DNA of 64,000 nucleotides from Bacteroidales bacterium (GTDB lineage Bacteria > Bacteroidota > Bacteroidia > Bacteroidales > UBA7960): NCBI GenBank assembly GCA_003560165.1, contig PWJC01000161.1, positions 2,035 to 66,034 on the forward strand. The letters are read 5' to 3'. The notes beneath the pieces are model-generated. The model searched no databases, was not told the DNA's origin, and was given only the letters and a program-made list of their open reading frames with translations. Position numbers and translations under genes: made by a program. Position 1 is the first letter of the stretch. Each line of letters begins with the position of its first letter. Shown piece by piece: positions 42,360 through 51,729 of this stretch.

Positions 42360-42382
42360 TTATTCAGCAGTAGTCTAAATAA
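42360..42382. promoter_or_regulatory. Imperfect palindrome TTATTCAG-N7-CTAAATAA upstream of nrfH (candidate regulator site)
   Basis: 8-7-8 inverted repeat with one mismatch, ~95 nt upstream of the nrfH ATG. Confidence 0.5.
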
Positions 42383-42524
42383 AATCAATACCGCACATCA
42401 GTAAATAATATGCCAATAAGTAAGGATTCTGTCCTGTCAGATTCTTATGGGCAAAAAACATGCTTTAAATCCTAAAAGTGTTGTTTTTGTTATGCCATAA
42501 GCTATATAAGTCAGCAGAAAAGCC

Positions 42525-42532
42525 TATTTTTG
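42525..42532 (+). promoter_or_regulatory. sigmaA -7 element (TATTTTTG) for the TPR histidine kinase
   Basis: Consensus match 63 nt before the ATG. Confidence 0.5.
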
Positions 42533-42595
42533 TAGAATCCGTACAACGGTTGACCATTCAACATATTTGCGGATCATTTTAAATGCCATTCTTCG

Positions 42596-44749
42596 ATGTG
42601 GAGGATTCCATATGTTTTCGTCCTGGCGGCACTTATCATGATCCCGGGTTTTGTTTTTGCCCGGGAAGACCTGCCAAATGCTGCCCAGGCCCGAATCGAC
42701 AGTCTTCAACGGCTGATCGACCAAAGCCAGTTGCCCGATTCCAAAAAAATGGAAGTCCTGCTCGATATGGCCTGGGCCATTCGTTCATCAAACCCCACCC
42801 TTGCACTGGACTACGCCAGGCAGGGCCTGGCCATTGCCGAAGACCACGAATACCCGGATTATGTGATCCGGGCCCTTGTTGACATCGGATTGCTGTACTG
42901 GCGTATGGGGAATTTCAACATGGCCTACGATTTTTTCCTGGAAGCCAGGCAGCTTGCCGAAAGGGAAGGAGACCTCTACCAATACGCCAGGGTGCTATCG
43001 GCCATGGGCATTATTTTTTCAGGGCAGGGACATTACGACAACGCCCTGGAGCATAACCTGAGGGCACTTTCGATATACGAAGAGATCGACTCCGTCGCAG
43101 CTACAGGCTCGGTGCTGAACAATATCGGATTGGTATACCAGCGACAGGGAAACATGGAAATGGCCGAAACCTATCACCGGCGGTCATTGCAAGTAAAGGA
43201 ACATTTTGGCGACGAACAGGGCCGCGCCTTCTCCCTGAACAACCTGGGTGCAATCAGCCAGCACAGAGGGGATTACCAGCAGGCCCTGATTTACTATAAT
43301 GAGTCGTTGGCTATCCGGGAGGAATTCCAGGAGACCAGGGAGGTGGCCAACACCCTGCGCAACATCGGCTACCTTCATTATAAAAAAGGGGAATATGACA
43401 GGGCCATCGATCAACTGAACGAGGCCTTGTCCCTTTTGGAAAGCGTGGAAGACGACAGGGGTGTAGGGCGGGTGTATTATCATCTGGGCGAAGTGCATAT
43501 GGGCATTGGAAACCTGATCCGGGCCCAAAGGTATTTCACTCGCAGTTTGCAAATTGCAGAGGAGATTGGTCTTCCCAGCCTGGTTTCGGATAACCTCGAG
43601 GGGCTTGGCCAGCTCATGGCCATGCAGGGTGAATACCAACAGGCCTATGATTACCAGGGACGTTACATGGCCCTTCAGGACAGCATCTATGATGAGGAAA
43701 GCCGGCGGCGTGTCATTGAGCTCCAACTCATGTACGACAGGGAAAGAAAGGAGAGGGAGATCGAGCTGTTGCGGATATCTAACCAGGTAAGCGCCCTGAG
43801 CCTGGAAAAACAGCGACTGCTCAGGAACTTCTTGCTGGTGGTGGTATTGCTGATACTGGTTTTGCTCTTTGTCATTTATAACCGCTTCCTGGTTACCAGC
43901 CGGGCCAACCGCCTGCTCAAGAGGCAAAAGGAAGAGATCTCGGTCAGCAACAAAAAGCTGCAGGAACTGAACAGGCGTTTGCTTGAACAGAAACAAAAGG
44001 TTGAAGAGCTTTATATGAAGCTGAAAGAATCGGAGAAAAACCTCATTGAGATCAACAAAACCAAAGACAAGTTCTTTTCCATCATCTCCCACGACCTGCG
44101 CAACCCCTTTGCCTCGATCGTGAGCTTTTCGCGCATACTGAAAAGGGACATCGATCAGCTTTCGAAGGATGAACTGCAGCAACTGACCCTCGAACTCGAC
44201 AAATCGGTGCTGAAGATCAACAGCCTGCTGGAGAACCTGCTACAGTGGTCACGGGCTCAAACAGGAAAGATCAGTTACCAACCCGGGTATTTTGAGATCA
44301 AGGACATCATACGCGATAACATTAACCTGTTTTCGGCTGGGTTGCAGGAGAAAGGGATCGAGATCACCGACAAGGTCAAAGACCACCTCATCGTATGGGG
44401 TGACGTAAACATGACCAATACCATCATCAGGAACCTGTTGTCCAATGCCCTGAAATACACCAAACCGGGGGGGTATATCGAACTTAGGTCGGAAAAGAAG
44501 AACGACATGGTCGAGGTGGAGGTAGCTGATAACGGAATCGGTATCTCTGCCAGTGACCAGAAAAAACTCTTCCGGGTAGACACATTGCATACCACCTACG
44601 GTACCCGCGATGAAAAGGGAAGCGGGCTTGGCCTGTTGCTTTGCAAGGAGTTCGTTGAAAAACAGGGAGGACAGATTTGCCTGAAAAGTCATAAAGGCCA
44701 GGGTTCTGTATTCAGCTTCACCATTCCCCTGAGCGAAACATCTTCCTGA
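42596..44749 (+). CDS. Sensor histidine kinase with a periplasmic TPR array
   Basis: Signal peptide, multiple TPRs (e.g. SLNNLGAI...GDYQQALIYY), one TM, coiled coil, H-box SHDLRNP, N-box NLLSNALKY, DNGIG, GSGLGL. Confidence 0.93.
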   Translation: MWRIPYVFVLAALIMIPGFVFAREDLPNAAQARIDSLQRLIDQSQLPDSKKMEVLLDMAWAIRSSNPTLALDYARQGLAIAEDHEYPDYVIRALVDIGLLYWRMGNFNMAYDFFLEARQLAEREGDLYQYARVLSAMGIIFSGQGHYDNALEHNLRALSIYEEIDSVAATGSVLNNIGLVYQRQGNMEMAETYHRRSLQVKEHFGDEQGRAFSLNNLGAISQHRGDYQQALIYYNESLAIREEFQETREVANTLRNIGYLHYKKGEYDRAIDQLNEALSLLESVEDDRGVGRVYYHLGEVHMGIGNLIRAQRYFTRSLQIAEEIGLPSLVSDNLEGLGQLMAMQGEYQQAYDYQGRYMALQDSIYDEESRRRVIELQLMYDRERKEREIELLRISNQVSALSLEKQRLLRNFLLVVVLLILVLLFVIYNRFLVTSRANRLLKRQKEEISVSNKKLQELNRRLLEQKQKVEELYMKLKESEKNLIEINKTKDKFFSIISHDLRNPFASIVSFSRILKRDIDQLSKDELQQLTLELDKSVLKINSLLENLLQWSRAQTGKISYQPGYFEIKDIIRDNINLFSAGLQEKGIEITDKVKDHLIVWGDVNMTNTIIRNLLSNALKYTKPGGYIELRSEKKNDMVEVEVADNGIGISASDQKKLFRVDTLHTTYGTRDEKGSGLGLLLCKEFVEKQGGQICLKSHKGQGSVFSFTIPLSETSS

Positions 44750-44828
44750 TCTGCGGCCTTCGCCGCAAGCTGGGCAGAAACATCCTTGCAGCCCGCAGCA
44801 AGAATTTTCACATGACAAAAATTTCATG

Positions 44829-44836
44829 TAACTTTG
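44829..44836 (+). promoter_or_regulatory. sigmaA -7 element (TAACTTTG) for tRNA-Leu-tig-clpP-clpX
   Basis: Perfect consensus 19 nt before the tRNA. Confidence 0.75.
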
Positions 44837-44855
44837 CACTCCTTTTTACAGTCAC

Positions 44856-44937
44856 GCGGATGTGGCGTAATTGGTAGCCGCGCCAGACTTAGGATCTGGT
44901 GCCGAAAGGCGTGGGGGTTCGAGTCCCTTCATCCGCA
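44856..44937 (+). tRNA. tRNA-Leu (anticodon TAG), CCA not encoded
   Basis: GCGGATG/CATCCGC acceptor stem, CCAGA-CTTAGGA-TCTGG anticodon arm, long variable arm GCCGAAAGGC, GTTCGAGTC T-loop. Confidence 0.97.
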
Positions 44938-45002
44938 CAATATCTCACTTAACCGGAAAGTTACCGGAACGCCAGATTTAACAATTAATTGATACCAGGT
45001 TT

Positions 45003-46400
45003 ATGGATATTGTCAGGGAAAACAAGGGTCAGCTGGAAGCGGTGATAACCATCAGGCTTACCGAAGAGGATTACCGCGGGCAGGTCGAAAAGGAGTTGAA
45101 AAACATGCAGCGCAAAGTGCAGATGCCCGGGTTCAGGCCAGGAAAGGTGCCGATAGGGCTGGTGAAGAAAATGTACGGGAAAAGCGTCCTTGCAGAGGAA
45201 GTGAACAAGGTACTGGCCGATGCCTTAACCAACTACATCAAGGAGAACGGGATGAATGTGCTGGGCAATCCCCTGCCCGATCACGAAAAGGCTGCATCGG
45301 TCGATTGGGAAGACCAGGGCGAGTTCGAGTTCGATTACCGTATCGGACTTGCTCCTGAAATCGATCTCGAACTGTCGGAGAATATTGAAGTCGATTACCA
45401 CAGGATCAGGGTGGGAGACGAGATGGTGGACAACTATGTGAAGGATTTTCAGAAACGCTTTGGAAAAATAACGAATCCGGGCCAGGCCGCGGACGAAGAC
45501 GTCCTTTTTGGTGAATTCCAGGAAATGGAAAACGAGTCCACTACGAGGGAGGACGGGCAGGTGCACAAGGCCAACCTCTACATCAAATTCCTGAAAGACG
45601 AAGACCTGAAGCAACAGCTGATCGGGGCCAGGCCCGGGGCCCACTTCGTGATGGATATTAAAAAGGCGGTAGACTCTGAAGCCGAGGCTGCGGCCATGGT
45701 GGGCGTCAAAAAAGAGGAACTGGGCAAATACAGCCCGCTGTTCCGTTTTACACTGGAGAGCATAAGCCGTGTGGAACCCGCCGAAATCAACCAGGAGCTT
45801 TTTGAAAAAGCCCTTCCTGGCAAAGGAATTGCCACCGAAGAGGACTTCCGCGCCCAGCTGGCCGAGCAGGTGGCCCGGCAATACCAGGTCGATGCCGATA
45901 AGCATTTCAAGAACCTGGTGATGCAAAAACTGATTGCCGAAGCCGACCTGCCCCTGCCTGTGGATTTTTTGAAGAAATGGCTGCTCGACACCAACAAGGA
46001 CCAGCTTACCGAAGAAAAGGTCGACAAAGAGTTTGAGCAGTTTGCCGATTCCTTCAGGTGGCAGCTTATCGAAAACCACCTGATCCGGAAGTACGAACTG
46101 GAGGTTGCTCCCGCCGAAGTGAACCAGGAACTGGAATCTTTTGTCAGGTCGCAACTTAAGCAGTACGGGCAGCACGAGGTGGAGCAAAACATGATTGACG
46201 AATATGTAAAGCAGGTGGCCACCAACAAGGAAGAAGTAAAAAAAGTGTACGACCATCTTTTTGAGAAAAAACTGATGGAGCTGTTCAGAGAAAAACTAAA
46301 ACTCAAGGAGGTGGAGATCGGCTTTGACGATTTCGTTAAGCTGGTCACCGAGAAATACAAGCAGGACCAGGCGCAGCCTGCCCCTGGCACCGACACATAA
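45003..46400 (+). CDS. tig: Trigger factor
   Basis: MPGFRPGKVP ribosome-binding signature; located upstream of clpPX. Confidence 0.95.
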   Translation: MDIVRENKGQLEAVITIRLTEEDYRGQVEKELKNMQRKVQMPGFRPGKVPIGLVKKMYGKSVLAEEVNKVLADALTNYIKENGMNVLGNPLPDHEKAASVDWEDQGEFEFDYRIGLAPEIDLELSENIEVDYHRIRVGDEMVDNYVKDFQKRFGKITNPGQAADEDVLFGEFQEMENESTTREDGQVHKANLYIKFLKDEDLKQQLIGARPGAHFVMDIKKAVDSEAEAAAMVGVKKEELGKYSPLFRFTLESISRVEPAEINQELFEKALPGKGIATEEDFRAQLAEQVARQYQVDADKHFKNLVMQKLIAEADLPLPVDFLKKWLLDTNKDQLTEEKVDKEFEQFADSFRWQLIENHLIRKYELEVAPAEVNQELESFVRSQLKQYGQHEVEQNMIDEYVKQVATNKEEVKKVYDHLFEKKLMELFREKLKLKEVEIGFDDFVKLVTEKYKQDQAQPAPGTDT

Positions 46401-46412
46401 AAACCACAAACC

Positions 46413-47099
46413 ATGAGCAACAAAGACGACTTTAGAAAATATGCCACCGGGCATATGGGCATCAGCAGCATGACACTGCACAATTACACTTCGGTGTACG
46501 GGAATTACATCAGCCCGACCATCATCGAGGAAAGGCAACTCAATGTGGCCACCATGGATGTGTTCAGCCGGCTGATGATGGACCGCATTATCTTTCTTGG
46601 TGTACCCATCAACGATTATGTGGCCAATATCATACAGGCCCAGTTATTGTACATGGAGTCGGTCGATCCGAAAAAGGACATCCAGATCTACCTGAACACC
46701 CCCGGTGGCTCTGTTTATGCCGGTCTTGGCATTTACGACACCATGCAATACATTGCCCCCGATGTCACCACCATCTGTACGGGCATGGCGGCATCTATGG
46801 GAGCGGTCTTACTCAGTGCCGGAGCCCCGGGTAAGCGTACAGCTCTGAAGCACAGCAGGATACTGATCCATCAACCCATGGGGGGAGCCGAGGGCCAGGC
46901 TTCCGATATCGAGATCACCGCAAGGGAGATCCAGAAGATCAAGAAGGAGCTCTATGAAATCCTGGCCCAGCACAGCAAACAGGATTACGAAAAAATATGG
47001 AAAGATGCCGATCGCGACTTCTGGATGACTTCGGAAGAAGCAAAAGGCTATGGGATGATCGATGAGGTGCTCACATCCACTTTCCGCACAAAGGAATAA
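46413..47099 (+). CDS. clpP: ATP-dependent Clp protease proteolytic subunit
   Basis: DVFSRLMMDRIIFLG, NTPGGS, GMAASMG, IHQP. Confidence 0.98.
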   Translation: MSNKDDFRKYATGHMGISSMTLHNYTSVYGNYISPTIIEERQLNVATMDVFSRLMMDRIIFLGVPINDYVANIIQAQLLYMESVDPKKDIQIYLNTPGGSVYAGLGIYDTMQYIAPDVTTICTGMAASMGAVLLSAGAPGKRTALKHSRILIHQPMGGAEGQASDIEITAREIQKIKKELYEILAQHSKQDYEKIWKDADRDFWMTSEEAKGYGMIDEVLTSTFRTKE

Positions 47100-47126
47100 T
47101 GAATACCAACGTTTAACTGGCCAGCC

Positions 47127-48371
47127 ATGACAAAGGACAACAGAAAATGCTCTTTCTGCGGACGTGAGGGAAAGAACACCGATATGCTGATATCGGGGGT
47201 GGGTGCGCATATCTGCGAACGTTGCGTGGAGCAGGCCAGCCTGATCGTTGCCGAGGAAAAGAACCTGAAAAACAAGCACCAGATTCCCTCTTTCAAGCTG
47301 TTCAGGCCCATAGAGATCAAACTTCACCTCGATCAGTATGTTATCGGACAGGAGGAAGCCAAGAAGGTATTGTCGGTGGCGGTATACAACCATTACAAAC
47401 GTATTAATGCAGCCAACCCCAAACCGGACGATGACGACAGCGTAGAACTCGAAAAGTCCAATATCATCCTGGTGGGCGAAACAGGTACTGGCAAGACCCT
47501 GATGGCCCGCACCATCGCCCGCAAGATGAAGGTGCCTTTCTGTATTGCCGATGCCACGGTACTTACCGAGGCGGGTTATGTGGGTGAGGATGTGGAAAGC
47601 ATACTGGCCAGGTTGCTGCAGGTAGCCGATTACGATGTGGCCGCGGCAGAAAGGGGTATTGTGTTCATCGACGAGGTGGACAAGATTGCCCGCAAGAGCG
47701 ATAATCCGTCCATTACCCGCGACGTGTCGGGCGAAGGAGTTCAACAGGCCCTGCTGAAGCTCCTGGAGGGTGCAGTGGTGAACGTGCCACCCCAGGGAGG
47801 GCGGAAGCATCCTGAGCAGAAGATGATACAGGTAAACACCCAGAACATCCTCTTCATTTGCGGAGGGGCCTTCTCGGGAATTGAGAAAAAGATACTCTCG
47901 CGGGTACAGGCCAATGCCATTGGTTACGGGGCCAGCAGAGCGGAGCGCATTGACCGCGACAACATCCTGCAATACATCGCTCCCCAGGACCTTAAAAGCT
48001 ACGGGCTGATCCCCGAACTGGTCGGCCGGCTGCCGGTTTTGTCCTATCTGAATCCCCTTGACCGCGATGTACTCCGGAAGATCCTTACCGAACCCCGGAA
48101 TTCCCTGATCCGCCAGTATGTAAAGCTCTTCGAGATGGACAATATCAAACTGCAGATCGACGAAGAGGTACTTGACTATATTGTTGACAAGGCAGTAGAA
48201 TTCAAGCTGGGCGCCCGGGGGCTCAGGTCCATCTGTGAGATCATTATGCTGGATGCCATGTTCTCCATTCCATCGCAGCCAGAGCATTCCGGCACATTTC
48301 AACTCAGCCTGGATTACGCCAGGGAGCGCGTGGAAAAAGTACAACCGGGTCGGCTGAAGGCTGCCTCCTGA
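47127..48371 (+). CDS. clpX: ATP-dependent Clp protease ATP-binding subunit
   Basis: CSFC...CERC zinc finger, [35 protein letters not shown] loop. Confidence 0.98.
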   Translation: MTKDNRKCSFCGREGKNTDMLISGVGAHICERCVEQASLIVAEEKNLKNKHQIPSFKLFRPIEIKLHLDQYVIGQEEAKKVLSVAVYNHYKRINAANPKPDDDDSVELEKSNIILVGETGTGKTLMARTIARKMKVPFCIADATVLTEAGYVGEDVESILARLLQVADYDVAAAERGIVFIDEVDKIARKSDNPSITRDVSGEGVQQALLKLLEGAVVNVPPQGGRKHPEQKMIQVNTQNILFICGGAFSGIEKKILSRVQANAIGYGASRAERIDRDNILQYIAPQDLKSYGLIPELVGRLPVLSYLNPLDRDVLRKILTEPRNSLIRQYVKLFEMDNIKLQIDEEVLDYIVDKAVEFKLGARGLRSICEIIMLDAMFSIPSQPEHSGTFQLSLDYARERVEKVQPGRLKAAS

Positions 48372-48456
48372 GCCTCAGGGGGATTGGAATTCACATAATT
48401 TTTTCGTACATTAAAACGTTCTAACCTGCGAAGGGACATTTTGTTTATGTTACCAC

Positions 48457-49059
48457 ATGTACAGGCAATTAACCATTATCGCGATTATTGGCTGCTGCCT
48501 GCCTGGCGGGGGATATCTGCCGGCACAGCAGCCTCAGCAGATACAGGGCACGACCGTTGCTGCCCGTGTTGTGGGTGAGGACACCCTGCCGGTCATTGAG
48601 CTGAAGGGGGTGGATGTGGTGGCTGCAAGGCAGTTTAGCAACCGTCTGGAGCGCTTTCGATACAACCGCCTGGTGCACAACGTCAAAGTGGTGTATCCCT
48701 ATGCCCGGCTGGCGGGCAATAAATTTCACGAATATTCCGAAGCCCTGTCGCAAATGGACAGTGAGCGCGAGCGAAGGCACTTTATCAGGCAAGCCGAGCA
48801 GGAGATCCGCGATCAGTTTGAAGACGAGCTGAGGCGACTGACCATTTCACAGGGCCTGATCCTGATCAAACTGATCGACCGGGAAACCAACCACACCTCC
48901 TACCAGGTGCTTAAGGAGTTCCGGGGCATATTCTCGGCCGTTTTCTGGCAGTCGCTCGGTCGGCTTTTCGGTTATAACCTCCGTACCGAATACGATGCCT
49001 TTGGCGAAGATCAACTGATCGAAGAAATCGTGGAACTTATTGAGGCCGGATTTATTTAA
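48457..49059 (+). CDS. DUF4294-like exported Bacteroidota protein
   Basis: Signal peptide; RLVHNVKVVYPYA, LTISQGLILIKLIDRET, FWQSLGRLFGYNL (family recognised from recall). Confidence 0.8.
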   Translation: MYRQLTIIAIIGCCLPGGGYLPAQQPQQIQGTTVAARVVGEDTLPVIELKGVDVVAARQFSNRLERFRYNRLVHNVKVVYPYARLAGNKFHEYSEALSQMDSERERRHFIRQAEQEIRDQFEDELRRLTISQGLILIKLIDRETNHTSYQVLKEFRGIFSAVFWQSLGRLFGYNLRTEYDAFGEDQLIEEIVELIEAGFI

Positions 49060-49063
49060 GGGC

Positions 49064-50488
49064 TTACTTTCCTCTTCCCTGCAATATGATCAGCACCGTA
49101 TAGATCAGAATTTTGAAGTCAACGGCAAGCGACATGTTCTCCAGGTAAAGCAGGTCGTATTTCAGCCGTTCTATCATCTGACCCACATCCTCGGCATATC
49201 CATACTTCACCTGCCCCCAGCTGGTTACCCCGGGCTTGATCTTTTGGAGCAATTTGTAGTGCGGCGCCTTTTTTACGATCTGATCAATATAGTATTGCCT
49301 CTCTGGCCTGGGACCCACCAGCGACATATAGCCAAGCAGCACATTGTAAAACTGCGGGATCTCATCGAGGCGTATCTTGCGCATAAAACGGCCGAAGGGG
49401 GTAATGCGGGGATCGTTTTTGCAGGATAGCTGAGGCCCGTTCTTTTCGGCATCCACATACATAGACCTGAACTTATGCATCATAAACGGTTTGCCGTACT
49501 GCCCGATGCGTTCGTGTTTGTAGAACACAGGCCCCCTCGAGGTGAGTTTTACCCCCAGGGCGGTGATCAAAAAAAGCGGAGACAACACTACGAGGCTGGT
49601 GCCCGAAACCACAATGTCGATAAAACGTTTTATTGATTGCTGCCAGGCAGGGAGCAATCCGGGCTGTACCTGGATCAGGGGGGTTCCGAAAATGGAGGTC
49701 ATTTTTACGGCACCCAGCAGGATGTCGTGCATTTCAGGAATGATCTTTGCCACCACGTTCGATGCATAGAGTCCGGTGAGTATGTGGCTGATGTTTTTGT
49801 GCTCTCTTGGTTCGAGGGCTATGATGGCCTCCTCCACCTCATATGCCTCAACGATCTCCCTGATGTCTTTAATATGACCCAGCCTGGGCAGCAGGTCTTC
49901 CAGGGGGTATTGCTCGTGCCAGCCCACCGTAACAAAGCCGATCAGCTTGTTGCCTGAGGCTTTTTTCTGCGACTGCAGTTCCTGAGCGATGTCGACCGCC
50001 TTTTTATGGCTGCCGACAATGATGGTATTGAAACCGATGATCCGGTTGTTGATCTTGCTGATAATCCGGGTAGAGAGGATAAAGCGGAAGGTGGTGGTGA
50101 AGAAAATATGCAAAAAGAGCAATACCAGCAAGGATTGGAAATAGCCTTTGGTGGTGGCCCCTTCCTGGTTCAGCAGAATGACAAAGTAAATGACCAGCAC
50201 CCCGATGATGGATATGAAGATCGTTTGCCCGAACTGCCCGAGGCGTGAACGCCTGAATATGTTGGTGTATGCCCCGCTAAGATAGTACAACAGCAGCCAG
50301 AAGGCGGGGATTATAACCAGGCCGAACAACAGGTTCTCTTCCAGGAAGATCTGTTCAGGTATCGTGGCAATGATGAAACCGTTGTTGACTCCCAGAAATC
50401 CAATGAAAAGAAACCAGGCCAGTACTGCTGCCAGGTAATCAAATACAATGCTTTTTACCAGAAGAATACGCTGTAGCCGTTTATCCAT
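49064..50488 (-). CDS. Polyprenyl-phosphate sugar phosphotransferase (WcaJ/WbaP-like initiating enzyme)
   Basis: Four N-terminal TMs, Rossmann-like domain, IKRFIDI, KFRSM, DPRIT, LDEIPQ, MSLVGPRP, KPGVTSWGQV. Confidence 0.93.
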   Translation of the reverse strand: MDKRLQRILLVKSIVFDYLAAVLAWFLFIGFLGVNNGFIIATIPEQIFLEENLLFGLVIIPAFWLLLYYLSGAYTNIFRRSRLGQFGQTIFISIIGVLVIYFVILLNQEGATTKGYFQSLLVLLFLHIFFTTTFRFILSTRIISKINNRIIGFNTIIVGSHKKAVDIAQELQSQKKASGNKLIGFVTVGWHEQYPLEDLLPRLGHIKDIREIVEAYEVEEAIIALEPREHKNISHILTGLYASNVVAKIIPEMHDILLGAVKMTSIFGTPLIQVQPGLLPAWQQSIKRFIDIVVSGTSLVVLSPLFLITALGVKLTSRGPVFYKHERIGQYGKPFMMHKFRSMYVDAEKNGPQLSCKNDPRITPFGRFMRKIRLDEIPQFYNVLLGYMSLVGPRPERQYYIDQIVKKAPHYKLLQKIKPGVTSWGQVKYGYAEDVGQMIERLKYDLLYLENMSLAVDFKILIYTVLIILQGRGK

Positions 50489-50624
50489 GCAGTCAGAGCG
50501 GTTGAAAGATCAGGCATCGCAGACCGGACAAAATACCCTGCCCTGATCGCATATATTTCCAGATGGTGAAGGAATACAACAGGATAACGCTTGCCTCCCA
50601 AACTTATTGTATTTATTTGACTGC

Positions 50625-51614
50625 CTAATCGGCAAGGGGGTTGCTGTCGCCGATCTTATCCATGATCTGGTAAGCCAGTTCGAGTGATGCATAGCCATCC
50701 ATGATGGTGACCAGGGGATCTTTGTTTTCGACAATGGAATCGTGAAAGGTTTCCAGTTCAGTTTGTATGGCATTGATGGGCTTGATCTCTGGTTTCTCGA
50801 CCCAAATCAGTTTCTGGTTTTTGTCGGGTCCCAGATCCAGCACCATGGCCATGGGGTCGGGGCTGGACAACACATCCCTCATCCGGATGATTTGCGCTTC
50901 CTTTGTCAGGAAGTTAACGGCAATGTACCCGTCTTGTTGAAAAAAACGGGTCTTTCGCATGTTTTTCATCGAGATCCGGCTGGCGGTCAGATTGGCAACG
51001 CATCCGTTGCTGAACTCAATCCTGGCATTGGCGATATCGGGGGTGTCTGAAACCACGGCCACCCCACTGGCCGATAGGCGCTTGACACCGGCGTTGACCA
51101 CGCTGAGCACGATGTCGATGTAGTGTATCATCAGGTCGAGGATCACCGGGACATCTGTCCCCCGCGGATTGAACTGACCCAGACGGTGTGCCTCGATAAA
51201 CATGGGTCTGGTCAGGTATGGGCTGGCAGCAATGAAGGCCGGGTTGAATCTTTCAACATGCCCCACCTGCACTTTCACGTTGGCCTCGGAAGCCAGCTCG
51301 ATCAGCTTGCGTGCTTCATAGAGCGTGGTGGTCAGGGGTTTTTCGATAAATACATGACGGAAGCGCTTCAGGGCCCTGGAAGCACAATAGAAATGCGAGA
51401 TGGTCGGGGTCACAATATCTACCACCTCGCAGGCATCGATGAGGGCATCGGACGATTCAAAACGCCTGATCTTGAAGGATGAGGCAACGGCCGCGGCCGT
51501 TTCTTCATCGGGATCATAAAATCCGGCCAGTTCGAAGCGGTCGGAGGCCAGAATGCATTTGATGTGTATTTTCCCCAGATGCCCGGCACCTAAAACACCA
51601 ATTTTCTTTGCCAT
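50625..51614 (-). CDS. Gfo/Idh/MocA family NAD-dependent oxidoreductase (GnnA-like)
   Basis: GAGHLG, HVFIEKP, VGHVERFNPA, DLMIH, NLTASRIS. Confidence 0.9.
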   Translation of the reverse strand: MAKKIGVLGAGHLGKIHIKCILASDRFELAGFYDPDEETAAAVASSFKIRRFESSDALIDACEVVDIVTPTISHFYCASRALKRFRHVFIEKPLTTTLYEARKLIELASEANVKVQVGHVERFNPAFIAASPYLTRPMFIEAHRLGQFNPRGTDVPVILDLMIHYIDIVLSVVNAGVKRLSASGVAVVSDTPDIANARIEFSNGCVANLTASRISMKNMRKTRFFQQDGYIAVNFLTKEAQIIRMRDVLSSPDPMAMVLDLGPDKNQKLIWVEKPEIKPINAIQTELETFHDSIVENKDPLVTIMDGYASLELAYQIMDKIGDSNPLAD

Positions 51615-51655
51615 TGCCTGTATCTGATTAAAGTTTGGATTTGCTGTTATCCCTG

Positions 51656-51663
51656 CAAAAGTA
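51656..51663 (-). promoter_or_regulatory. sigmaA -7 element (TACTTTTG) for the oxidoreductase gene
   Basis: CAAAAGTA on the + strand. Confidence 0.55.
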
Positions 51664-51729
51664 AAGTTTTTTATGGTGCCCGAAATGTTTATTTTCGTAA
51701 GCTTGTTGTTGAAGAATTCCTTTTATTTG

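Noticed and set aside
42449-42464. GG-N10-GC on the + strand before the TPR kinase
   Set aside because: Flanking bases (GGGCA...ATGCT) fit the sigma54 consensus poorly, and a sigmaA-type element lies closer to the gene
44751-44770. CTGCGGC...GCCGCAAGC hairpin resembling one at 63902-63926 (possible REP-like repeat)
   Set aside because: Only two short GC-rich copies with different loops; this cannot be distinguished from chance or ordinary stem-loops
46809-48344. Long antisense ORFs (511 aa opposite clpP/clpX; also 1398-2780, 16942-17955, 45225-46256, 43184-44182, 9768-10727, 12570-13550)
   Set aside because: They are shadows of well-conserved genes, expected from codon bias that leaves few stops on the opposite strand, and they show no recognisable motifs
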